Part shown: in pieces, positions 33,593 through 41,619 of the stretch
How the letters are laid out: every line of letters begins with the position of its first letter
How positions within the stretch are numbered: the stretch's first letter is position 1
DNA from: Planctomycetaceae bacterium
Lineage (GTDB): Bacteria; Planctomycetota; Phycisphaerae; Phycisphaerales; UBA1924
NCBI GenBank assembly: GCA_044507535.1
Contig: JBIQJK010000008.1
Coordinates: 1,299-65,298, forward strand
Direction of reading: 5' to 3'
Length of the DNA stretch: 64,000 nucleotides
Notes under the pieces: model-generated
Told to the model about the DNA's origin: nothing
What the model saw: only the letters and a program-made list of their open reading frames with translations
The model's database searches: none
Program-made: the position numbers and the translations under genes

Positions 33593-33949
33593 GTGGAGGC
33601 CCCTTCAACCGCCGGACCGCCGGGAGGGCACCCGACAGCCCGCGAACCTGCTCGTTCCAACCCCTCCCCGCGCCCGCCCACCGGTCCGATTCACCATGTG
33701 GGGCGAGTACCCTAGCAGCCCGTCGCTCCGTTCGCTACTTCCACCGGAATCGTTGCGGCTGGACAGAATAGTTGCTGTCAAACAGCAATCTCTCCACTCT
33801 GAGCGTATCCTGTCAAGGTAGGGACCGTACCAGAACCCAAGTGAGACTCAGTCTCAGACGAGTTCCACCCTGTAACCTCCCCACCCGGCCCTCGCCTCAA
33901 TCCAGGCCGGCATAAGTTCGGTTATCCACCCGGAACAAGGGGTACTCTC

Positions 33950-35383
33950 GTGACCCACCCAGAATCCGGCCCAGCCGTCCCGTCCACCACCCAACCCATC
34001 CCCCGGCCCCACCGCCGCCTCGGCCCGATGCTCTCCGCGGGCCTCGCCGCGGCCGTCGGCCTCTGGTCCGCCTGGTTCATCACCCACCTCCCCTGGCTCG
34101 GCATCGCCGAGCAGATCAGCCTCCCCATCCTCCTCGCCGTCTGGCTCGCCATGGCCATCCTCGGCCCGCGCATCGCCGGCGTGGACCCCCGCCGCACCAG
34201 CCCCCTCTTCGGCGCGGGCGCTGGCGTCGTCGCCGCGGTCCTCGGCCTGCTCATCCTCGGCTCCAAGCTCGACGAGCACGCCCCCGGCTTCGAGGCACTC
34301 CGCCCCTCCGCCGCGCTGATGGCCCTCGGCTTCATCGGCCTGGGCGCCGTCATCGGCGCCGTCGGCTCCGGGCTGGCGAGCTTCCTGCCCCGCCCCCTCA
34401 CCGCCCCCCGCGACGAGGGCCACTGGCTCTCGCGCCTCGCCATCGTCGCCGTTGTCGCCGTCGCCCCCCTCCTCTTCGTCGGCGGGCTGGTCACCAGCAC
34501 CGACTCGGGCATGGCCGTCCCCGACTGGCCCAACACCTTCGGCTCCAACATGTTCCTCTACCCCCTCGGCCCCCGCGCCCAGCCCAACGTCTACCTCGAG
34601 CACTCCCACCGCCTCTTCGGCACCCTCGTCGGCCTCGCCACCCTCGCCCTCATGGTCGGCGTCTACCGCAACGACGACCGCCGCTGGGTCCGCCGCTGGG
34701 CGATCGTGGTCTTCGCGCTCGTCTGCGTCCAGGGCTTCCTCGGCGGCATCCGCGTCACCGAGAACAGCCGCCTGCTGGCCATGTTCCACGGCGTTCTCGC
34801 CCAGATCCTCTTCGCCGGCCTCGTCGCGCTCGCCGTCTTCCTCGCCCCCGCCTACCGCGCCCTGATCGCCCGCCTCGCGGCCTCCGACACCCCCGAGATC
34901 GCCCCCGACCTCCAGCCCACCCTCCGCCGCCTCCGCTTCCTCGCCACCGGCGCCGCCCACGTCACCATGATGCAGCTCGTCTTCGGCGCGATGTACCGAC
35001 ACTTCCGCTCCGACCACGCCCTGTGGACCCACGCCGTCTTCTCGGTCTTCGTGGTGATCCTCGCCGTCGCCGCGGGCTTCGCGACCATGAACATCCCGCA
35101 GGCCATGGGCCGCGTCGGCCGGATCATCCGCGCCGCCGGCATGGGCGTGCTCGTGGCCGTCGGCATGCAGTTCGTCCTCGGCTGGATCGCCTTCGGCGCG
35201 GGCGGGCGCGAGCACGAGGCGGCGACCATCCCCCAGGCCCTCATCCGCACCGTCCACCAGGCCAACGGCGCCCTCCTCCTCGCCCTGGCCACCATGCTCT
35301 ACATGTGGGCCCGCCCCCTCGCCCCCCGCACCCTCGTCGCGCCAGACCACCCCGCCGCCGCCGCTGCGCCCGCGCAGACCTGA
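33950..35383 (+). CDS. ctaA: heme A synthase (CtaA/COX15 family) with an extended N-terminal membrane region
   Basis: Conserved His-containing helices EHSHRLFGTLVGL, MFHGVLAQILF, MMQLVFGAMYRHF and VHQANGALLLA. The exact start is uncertain. Confidence 0.8.
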   Translation: MTHPESGPAVPSTTQPIPRPHRRLGPMLSAGLAAAVGLWSAWFITHLPWLGIAEQISLPILLAVWLAMAILGPRIAGVDPRRTSPLFGAGAGVVAAVLGLLILGSKLDEHAPGFEALRPSAALMALGFIGLGAVIGAVGSGLASFLPRPLTAPRDEGHWLSRLAIVAVVAVAPLLFVGGLVTSTDSGMAVPDWPNTFGSNMFLYPLGPRAQPNVYLEHSHRLFGTLVGLATLALMVGVYRNDDRRWVRRWAIVVFALVCVQGFLGGIRVTENSRLLAMFHGVLAQILFAGLVALAVFLAPAYRALIARLAASDTPEIAPDLQPTLRRLRFLATGAAHVTMMQLVFGAMYRHFRSDHALWTHAVFSVFVVILAVAAGFATMNIPQAMGRVGRIIRAAGMGVLVAVGMQFVLGWIAFGAGGREHEAATIPQALIRTVHQANGALLLALATMLYMWARPLAPRTLVAPDHPAAAAAPAQT

Positions 35384-35612
35384 CCGGCGACGTCAACCCG
35401 GGATCATCCCTGGCCCCGCGTTCGGCCCCGCGCGCCGATAGAGCAGGAAACCCGCCCAGCCGGGGCGGAAGATGCCCCACGGGCCCGGTTCTCAGGCATA
35501 ATCACCCTGTAGGCCCGGCGCCGCGAGCCCAGCCGCGGCGACCATGCCCGCAATGGCCCCGCCCCGACGTCCGTTCTCTGACGGGGGGCGCGGCCGATGG
35601 GGCAGCGGCCCC

Positions 35613-35684
35613 GGGGGTATGGCCCTGGGGGTGTGGCTCTGGGGGGTGTGGCTCTGGGGGGTGTGGCTCTGGGGGGTGTGGCTC
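35613..35684. repeat. about 5 tandem copies of a 14-15 bp G-run repeat (GGGGG(G)TGTGGCTCT) abutting the DUF1800 ribosome-binding site
   Basis: Read directly. Copies lie at 35613-26 (variant gggggtatggccct), 35627-40, 35641-55, 35656-70 and 35671-84 (truncated), immediately followed by AAGGAG (35685-90) and ATG 35699. Confidence 0.9.
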
Positions 35685-35698
35685 AAGGAGCCCCGGCG

Positions 35699-37249
35699 AT
35701 GACCTCCACGCTCCAGCCTTCAACCCCTCCCCAGAGGCGCCCCGCCATCACCGCCTCCATGAAGCCCATCGCCCCCCACCGCTTCGGCTTCGACCAGGCC
35801 CGCCACCTCCTCTGGCGCGCCGGCTTCGGCGGCACCGCCGAGCAGGTCCAGACCCTCGCCTCCTGGGGCCCCGAGAAGTCGGTGGACCATCTCCTCGACT
35901 ACGCCGACATCCCCTTCGAGCCCGTCGCCCTCGACGAGTTCGACTCCACCCTCATGCGCTCCCCCACCGCCCAGGAGCGCGAGGCCGCCCGGCGCGCCCG
36001 CCGCGCCGGCGACGAGGAGACCCTCGCCCGCCTCCAGGCCCGCCGCCAGGAGGCCGAGCGCAACGACCGCCGCCAGATGGCCCGCATCCAGCGCTGGTGG
36101 CTCCGCCGCATGATCGAGACCCCGCGCCCCCTCGAAGAGAAGATGACCCTCTTCTGGCACGGCCACTTCGCCACCAGCTACCGCACCATCGAGCACAGCT
36201 ACAACATGCTCCAGCAGAACGCCCTCTTCCGCCGCCACGCCGCGGGGAACTTCGGCGAGCTCCTCTTCGCGATCATCCGCGACCCCGCCATGATCGCCTA
36301 CCTCGACAACAACGACTCCCGCAAGGGCCGCCCCAACGAGAACCTCGCCCGCGAGCTCATGGAGCTGTTCAGCCTCGGCGTCGGCAACTACTCCGAGAAC
36401 GACATCAAGGAGGGCGCCCGCGCCCTCACCGGCTACACCTTCCGCGACACCGAGTTCCTCTTCGAGGAAAGCAACCACGACGACGGCCCCAAGACCATCC
36501 TCGGCCGCCGCGGGCGCCTCGACGGCGACGCCTTCGTCAAGGCCATCCTCGAGCACCGCGCCTGCGCTCCCTTCATCGCCGGCAAGCTCTACCGCTGCTT
36601 CGTCGCCGACGTCCCCACCGGCCGCCCCGACCTCGACGCCGCCGCGGCCGCCGCCGTCCGCGAGCTCTCCAAGTCCCTGCTCGCCTCCCGCTACAGCCTG
36701 AAGCCCGTCCTCCGCAAGCTCTTCCTCAGCGAGCACTTCTACGACCCCGCCGTCATCGGCGAGCAAATCAAGTCCCCCGTCGAGCTCGTCGTCGGCGCCG
36801 TCCGCTCGCTGAACACCCCCGTCCGCGACCTGGGCGTCCTCACCGACGCCCTCGCCCTCATGGGCCAGAACCTCTTCTTCCCCCCCTCCGTCGCCGGCTG
36901 GGCCGGCGGCCGATCGTGGATCAACACCTCCACCCTCTTCGTCCGCCAGAACATCCTCTGCTTCCTCCTGACCGGCAAGAAGCCCGTCGGCTACGACGCC
37001 CTCGCCAACGCCGAGAAGTACGACCCATCCCCCCTCCTCGCCGGCCTCACCCGCGCCGACCCCGCGGCCGCGAGCGACCCCGCCCGCGTCATCGACTACA
37101 TCCTCCGCCTCACCCTCCCCTCCCCCTCCCAGGCCCGGCGCGACGAGCTCCTCGCCTTCGTGGACTCCCTCGGCGGCCGCATCACCCCCGACGTCATCAC
37201 CGCCGCCCTGCTGCTCATCACCGCCATGCCCGAGTACCAGCTCTGCTAG
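35699..37249 (+). CDS. DUF1800 domain-containing protein
   Basis: HLLWRAGFGGT..., ...LFWHGHFATS..., ...NENLARELMELFSLGVGNYSENDIKE.AR.LTG are typical DUF1800 blocks. AAGGAG lies 8 nt upstream of the ATG. Confidence 0.85.
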   Translation: MTSTLQPSTPPQRRPAITASMKPIAPHRFGFDQARHLLWRAGFGGTAEQVQTLASWGPEKSVDHLLDYADIPFEPVALDEFDSTLMRSPTAQEREAARRARRAGDEETLARLQARRQEAERNDRRQMARIQRWWLRRMIETPRPLEEKMTLFWHGHFATSYRTIEHSYNMLQQNALFRRHAAGNFGELLFAIIRDPAMIAYLDNNDSRKGRPNENLARELMELFSLGVGNYSENDIKEGARALTGYTFRDTEFLFEESNHDDGPKTILGRRGRLDGDAFVKAILEHRACAPFIAGKLYRCFVADVPTGRPDLDAAAAAAVRELSKSLLASRYSLKPVLRKLFLSEHFYDPAVIGEQIKSPVELVVGAVRSLNTPVRDLGVLTDALALMGQNLFFPPSVAGWAGGRSWINTSTLFVRQNILCFLLTGKKPVGYDALANAEKYDPSPLLAGLTRADPAAASDPARVIDYILRLTLPSPSQARRDELLAFVDSLGGRITPDVITAALLLITAMPEYQLC

Positions 37250-37289
37250 CCCCCTTCCCTCAACCCCCCCACTCCCCCGGGAACCCGCC

Positions 37290-38624
37290 ATGTCCACCCA
37301 CGATCCCATGTCCACCGCCTTCACCCGGCGCGAGTTCCTCTCCCGCGGCCTGACCCTCGCCTCCGCCGCCGCGACCCTCCCGCTGTTCATCCAGCGCTCC
37401 GCGCTCGCCATTCCGCACGCCGCGCCCGGCATGTCGTCCATCCCCGGCGTCAACGAGGGAAACATCCTCGTCGTCGTCCAGCTCGGCGGCGGCAACGACG
37501 GGCTCAACTCCCTTATCCCCTTCGGCGACCCCGCCTACTACAAGGCCCGCCCCACCATCGGCGTCCCCGAAGGGCGCATCCTCAAGTTCGGGTCCAGCGG
37601 TTTCGGCCTCCACCCCGCCCTCCGCGGCCTCATGCAGCTCCACGACCGCGGCCTGCTCGGCATCGTCCAGGGCGCCGGCTACCCCAACCCCAACCGCTCC
37701 CACTTCAAGTCCATGGACATCTGGCACACCGCCGACACCAGCGCCACCGGCCTCGGCTGGATCGGACGCTACCTCGACGCCCAGTGCTGCGGCTACGGCA
37801 AGGGCGAGGGGGGCAGGCCCGAGGGCGCCCGCCCCGCCGACCCCGATCCCCAGGCCGCCATCGCCATCGGCCGCGACGCCCCGCTCGCCATGCAGGGCGC
37901 CGTCGCCAAGCCCATCGCCTTCGAGAACACCGACCTCTTCCGCTGGATGGGCGAGGGCGTCCACCGGTCCCTTGTCGAGCCCTACGAGCAGATCACCCGC
38001 CGCGGCGTCGCCGACCCCGCCGACGAGGGGACCAACGCCGGCTTCCTCATGCGCACCGCGCTCGACGCCCAGGTCTCCAGCGACCGCATCCGCAAGGCCG
38101 TCGCCCAGCGCCCCCTCGTGCAGTACCCCGGCGGCGAGCTCGCCCGCCAGCTCCAGATGGTCGCCAGCATGATCCGCGCCGGCCTCTCCACCCGCGTCTA
38201 CTACGTCACCATGGGCGGCTTCGACACCCACGCCGGCCAGGGGGGCGAAAGCGGCCGCCACGCCCAGCTCCTCACCCAGTTCGCCAGCTCCCTCCGCGCC
38301 TTCTACGACGACCTGAAAGAGCAGGGCAACGACGCCCGCGTCCTGACCATGTCCTTCAGCGAGTTCGGCCGCCGCGTCGGCCAGAACGCCAGCGGCGGCA
38401 CCGACCACGGCACCGCCGCCCCCATGTTCCTCGCCGGCCCCATGGTCCGCCCCGGCCTCCTCGGCAAGCACCCCTCCCTCACCGACCTCGACGACGGCGA
38501 CCTCAAGTTCACCACCGACTTCCGCGCCGTCTACGCCGGCATCCTCCAGCACTGGCTCAGCGCCGACCCCAGGCAGATCCTCCCCGCCTCCGTGCGGCCG
38601 ATGGAGATCCTCAGGAAGGCGTAG
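37290..38624 (+). CDS. DUF1501 domain-containing protein (Tat-exported, sulfatase-like fold)
   Basis: Twin-arginine signal FTRREFLSRGLTLASAAA, with GGNDGLN...SHF.S...GGFDTH...EFGR...GTDHG blocks typical of DUF1501. Confidence 0.85.
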   Translation: MSTHDPMSTAFTRREFLSRGLTLASAAATLPLFIQRSALAIPHAAPGMSSIPGVNEGNILVVVQLGGGNDGLNSLIPFGDPAYYKARPTIGVPEGRILKFGSSGFGLHPALRGLMQLHDRGLLGIVQGAGYPNPNRSHFKSMDIWHTADTSATGLGWIGRYLDAQCCGYGKGEGGRPEGARPADPDPQAAIAIGRDAPLAMQGAVAKPIAFENTDLFRWMGEGVHRSLVEPYEQITRRGVADPADEGTNAGFLMRTALDAQVSSDRIRKAVAQRPLVQYPGGELARQLQMVASMIRAGLSTRVYYVTMGGFDTHAGQGGESGRHAQLLTQFASSLRAFYDDLKEQGNDARVLTMSFSEFGRRVGQNASGGTDHGTAAPMFLAGPMVRPGLLGKHPSLTDLDDGDLKFTTDFRAVYAGILQHWLSADPRQILPASVRPMEILRKA

Positions 38625-39108
38625 CCGCCCCCGGCCGCAGCTGCTCCTCCGTGATGCCCAGCTCGCCCAGCGAGCTGCGCCGACCGCACTCCGGACACTG
38701 CACGCACCCCGCCTCCACCGGCAGACCCAGCAGGCTGTACTCGCACTTCGGGCACCGCGCGAGGTCGATGTGCCGCTGGATCGCCCGGCGCAGCCACGCA
38801 TCCCGGATCAGCAGCGCGGCCATCGGCCCGCTCAGCAGGCTCAGCGTCCCCAGCACGACCAGCGCCGCCGGCGTCCCCCAGATCCACGCCCGCCACCGGC
38901 CCGGCAGCAGCGCCTCCGCGGCCCGCCACACGTTCAGCACCAGCAGGTACACCCCGACCATCGCCGCCAGCGCGACCACCGCCATCACCCCGTGCCACAG
39001 CCACTCGCGCCGCTTCGCCAGTTCGACGAACCGCTCGCACTCCTGATCGGAGAACCGGTCGAGCTCCGGGAACGCGCGGTAGATCCGGCTCCAGGGAATC
39101 CTCACCAT
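38611..39108 (-). CDS. hypothetical membrane protein with a C-terminal CxxC...CxxC zinc ribbon
   Basis: MVRIPWSRIYRAFPELDRFSDQECERF..., two TM helices, then CPKCEYSLLGL...CVQCPECG. The 3' end overlaps the DUF1501 gene convergently by 14 nt. Confidence 0.55.
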   Translation of the reverse strand: MVRIPWSRIYRAFPELDRFSDQECERFVELAKRREWLWHGVMAVVALAAMVGVYLLVLNVWRAAEALLPGRWRAWIWGTPAALVVLGTLSLLSGPMAALLIRDAWLRRAIQRHIDLARCPKCEYSLLGLPVEAGCVQCPECGRRSSLGELGITEEQLRPGAATPS

Positions 39109-39299
39109 CACCTTCCGGCGAGCAACGGCGCCCAAGCCGCCGCCCATCCCCATGCCGGAACCATAACCGAAACGAAAAGACGCCGCGGCCGACACGCCCC
39201 CGCGCTCGGCCTGCCTCCGTCCCCCCAAAAACAACGCCGCCCGCGCTGAGCGCGGGCGGCGCGATACTCACGAGGAAGCCCGAACCCCCACTCCCCGAA

Positions 39300-39782
39300 T
39301 CACATCCGCCGACGACGCGTTGCGCCCGCGACGCACAGCAGCCCCGCCATTCCCATCATCCCGGCCCCGGGGAGCGGCGTCACGATGGTGTTGCTGCCGC
39401 CGCCGTCGCTCTTCGAGGGGTCCGACGGCACGGGCGTGTTCATCGGGGGCCTCGGCGCGACGGCGCCGGTATCCAGATCACCCAGGCCGCCCAGGCCAGG
39501 GGAGGCGGGGAAGTACCCGCCGCCGTTCCACTCCCCATCCTCGATGATGTCCCCGCCCATCCCCCCCGCCAGGACGACGTTCCCCGTCGTCAGCAGGCAC
39601 CCGATCTCGCCCATCGCCGCGATCGCCACCCCGCCGGCGGCCCCGCCACCGGACGCGGCCTCGAGCGCGCCGATCGAGATCCCCACCGACAGCGACGGCG
39701 CCTCAACCTGCACCGGCACCGTCGAGGCCATCGACGCGCCAGCGCTGAAGAGCACCACGAGAATGGACGTTGTCTTTGTCAT
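39300..39782 (-). CDS. small Gly-rich secreted protein with a PEP-CTERM-like sorting tail
   Basis: Signal peptide MTKTTSILVVLFSAGASMA. C-terminus TPLPGAGMMGMAGLLCVAGATRRRRM (a P-x-P motif, a hydrophobic helix and an Arg cluster). Confidence 0.6.
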   Translation of the reverse strand: MTKTTSILVVLFSAGASMASTVPVQVEAPSLSVGISIGALEAASGGGAAGGVAIAAMGEIGCLLTTGNVVLAGGMGGDIIEDGEWNGGGYFPASPGLGGLGDLDTGAVAPRPPMNTPVPSDPSKSDGGGSNTIVTPLPGAGMMGMAGLLCVAGATRRRRM

Positions 39783-40057
39783 TGCCGCTCACCGCCCCGG
39801 TCTGTTCGCACGACCATGTTCCCCACATGGCCGGCGACAGATCGTGTTTGTTTGGTTATCAGTCCAGGCAGCCGCGCCTATTGCACTTGGTGATGAATGT
39901 ATCACCGAGCGGCGGCTCCGGCAAGTCTTGCACAAAATCTTCGCGGTTCCGCCCAGTTTCACCCCATATCCGGTGCCGCTCGACCACGGCATTGTGCGAA
40001 ACCGGATCCCCCCTGCCGCGTTGCGACACCCGAACAGGCGAGTAGCCGAGGGGACGG

Positions 40058-40264
40058 TTAGTGATCGGGACTCCCCGGCAACCCCACCCCTTCGTCCCCC
40101 TCCCCGATCCCCGGCCCTGCCGGCACCCGCCGCCACCGCTCCGGATCCGCCCGCCCCTGCGACCGGTCGATCGACAGCCACAGCAGCACCACGATCACCA
40201 GCGGCAGCAGCAGCCACACGATCAGCCCGATGCGGCTCAGTTTTCGGGTCGGGCGCTGGTCCAC
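40058..40264 (-). CDS. possible small single-TM protein (68 aa)
   Basis: TM segment IGLIVWLLLPLVIVVLLWLSI. All 25 codons I inspected across this segment end in G or C, as expected for genuine coding in this genome. The GTG start at 40264 is assumed because the longer track ORF would run through a 16-bp hairpin. Confidence 0.35.
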   Translation of the reverse strand: MDQRPTRKLSRIGLIVWLLLPLVIVVLLWLSIDRSQGRADPERWRRVPAGPGIGEGDEGVGLPGSPDH

Positions 40265-40278
40265 GCCACAGCATAGCC

Positions 40279-40313
40279 GGGCTGGGTCGGGCCGCACCGG
40301 CCCGACCCAGCCC
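40279..40313 (-). terminator. strong GC-rich hairpin downstream of the SOD gene (possible terminator without a U-tract)
   Basis: GGGCTGGGTCGGGCCG cac CGGCCCGACCCAGCCC, a 16-bp perfect stem with a 3-nt loop, read directly. Confidence 0.4.
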
Positions 40314-40318
40314 AAGCC

Positions 40319-40346
40319 AATGTCCGATAACAAATGTCCGATAACA
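40319..40346. repeat. perfect tandem duplication of the 14-bp unit AATGTCCGATAACA
   Basis: Read directly: 40319-40332 and 40333-40346 are identical. The unit is relatively AT-rich for this genome and sits between the SOD stop and the hairpin. Confidence 0.9.
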
Positions 40347-40387
40347 GATTCAGTCCGGCTTGCCGGCCCCCTCTCCCCCGGCCGACC

Positions 40388-41029
40388 TCACCCGGCCTTC
40401 GCCGCCGCGAACCGCCGAGCGACCTCCGGCCAGTTCACCACGTTCCACCACGCGGCGATGTAGTCCGGCCGCCGGTTCTGGTAGCTCAGGTAATACGCGT
40501 GCTCCCAGACGTCCAGGCCCAGGATCGGCGTCCCCCCGCACCCAGCGACCCCCTCCCCCATCAGCGGGGTGTCCTGGTTGGCCGTCGAGCAGACCGCCAG
40601 CTTCCCGTCCTTCCCGACGCACAGCCAGGCCCACCCCGACCCGAACCGCCCGGCCGCAGCCGCGGCGAACTTCTCCTTGAAGGCGTCGAACGACCCGAAC
40701 GCCTGGTTGATCGCCTCGGCCAGCTCCCCCGTCGGGGCACCGCCGCCCCCGCTGCCGGCCGGGGCCATGATCGTCCAGAACAGGGAGTGGTTGACGTGCC
40801 CGCCGACGTTGTTCCGGGCGGCGGTTCGGCGATCCTCCGGCACCTCGTTCAGCCGGGCGACCACCTGTTCGGGGGGGAGATCAGCCAGAGGGGTCCCCTC
40901 CAGGGCCTTGTTGGCGTTGGTCACGTAGGCGTTGTGGTGCTTGGAGTGATGGATCTCCATCGTCCGGGCATCAATGTGGGGCTCGAGGGCGTTGGTTGGG
41001 TACGGGAGAGGGGGCAGGGTGAAGGGCAT
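40388..41029 (-). CDS. Fe/Mn superoxide dismutase
   Basis: [32 protein letters not shown]...[27 protein letters not shown] lies 7 nt upstream of ATG 41029. Confidence 0.95.
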   Translation of the reverse strand: MPFTLPPLPYPTNALEPHIDARTMEIHHSKHHNAYVTNANKALEGTPLADLPPEQVVARLNEVPEDRRTAARNNVGGHVNHSLFWTIMAPAGSGGGGAPTGELAEAINQAFGSFDAFKEKFAAAAAGRFGSGWAWLCVGKDGKLAVCSTANQDTPLMGEGVAGCGGTPILGLDVWEHAYYLSYQNRRPDYIAAWWNVVNWPEVARRFAAAKAG

Positions 41030-41619
41030 GGCTCGGCTCCTTGTTGGTGGTGGACCGGGAGAGGCTCCCGGCCGCGGATGGGACACTCAGCAGTAGCCTG
41101 GGAAAATCACGGGCATGGGGAGGACTTCATGACCCTCCCGAGGGATCTGTTCGTATGGAAAGCAGGGGCCGCGGAGCGTGGCGGCTTTTCGGCCTTGCCA
41201 GCAGGGACGACCCGATGTATCTTGGCGTCTCGTTGAGGACATTTTCTGCACTCGCGGAGCGGGTGCAGAGCAACGTGCGAGCCTACCCCGGACCTCGCAG
41301 CGCGTCAACGCGGCAGATTACCGGGCCTGACATGGATGGGTTGGAAGGGGGGGCGGGTGTGTCGATGTGTCGGACGGCTTTGGGCCCCCGGGGCCTGGTG
41401 TCTGAGCGGGGTATTCTCGCTTGGAATCGTTCTAAAAAACGGAACAAACGTGGGGCTGTTCCGTATATGAAATGATGCGCCACGGCCAGCCGGCCGGGCC
41501 GCCCGGGAGGGTGTGGAAGAGATGACCAAAGGGGCCTGATTGTGGATCGACCGGGTGTGAATCCAGAGGTCCACGCCACCGGCCCCAAGCAGCGCGAGCT
41601 CCACGATCGAGACGAAAGG

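Noticed and set aside
35613-35684. Possible CRISPR array (regularly spaced identical repeats)
   Set aside because: The units are contiguous 14-15-mers with no spacers, far shorter than CRISPR repeats, and no cas genes are present in the window.
35492-35723. Minus-strand ORFs encoding PQSHT or PEPHP pentapeptide repeats
   Set aside because: The repeats are simply the translation of the 15-bp DNA tandem repeat. The ORFs have no RBS and no plausible termini, and they sit in an intergenic leader.
39789-40274. 161-aa minus-strand ORF between the PEP-CTERM-like gene and sod
   Set aside because: Gly/Ala/Arg-rich translation without a hydrophobic core or motifs. It overlaps the better-supported small TM ORF in another frame and lies in the probable promoter region of the PEP-CTERM-like gene.
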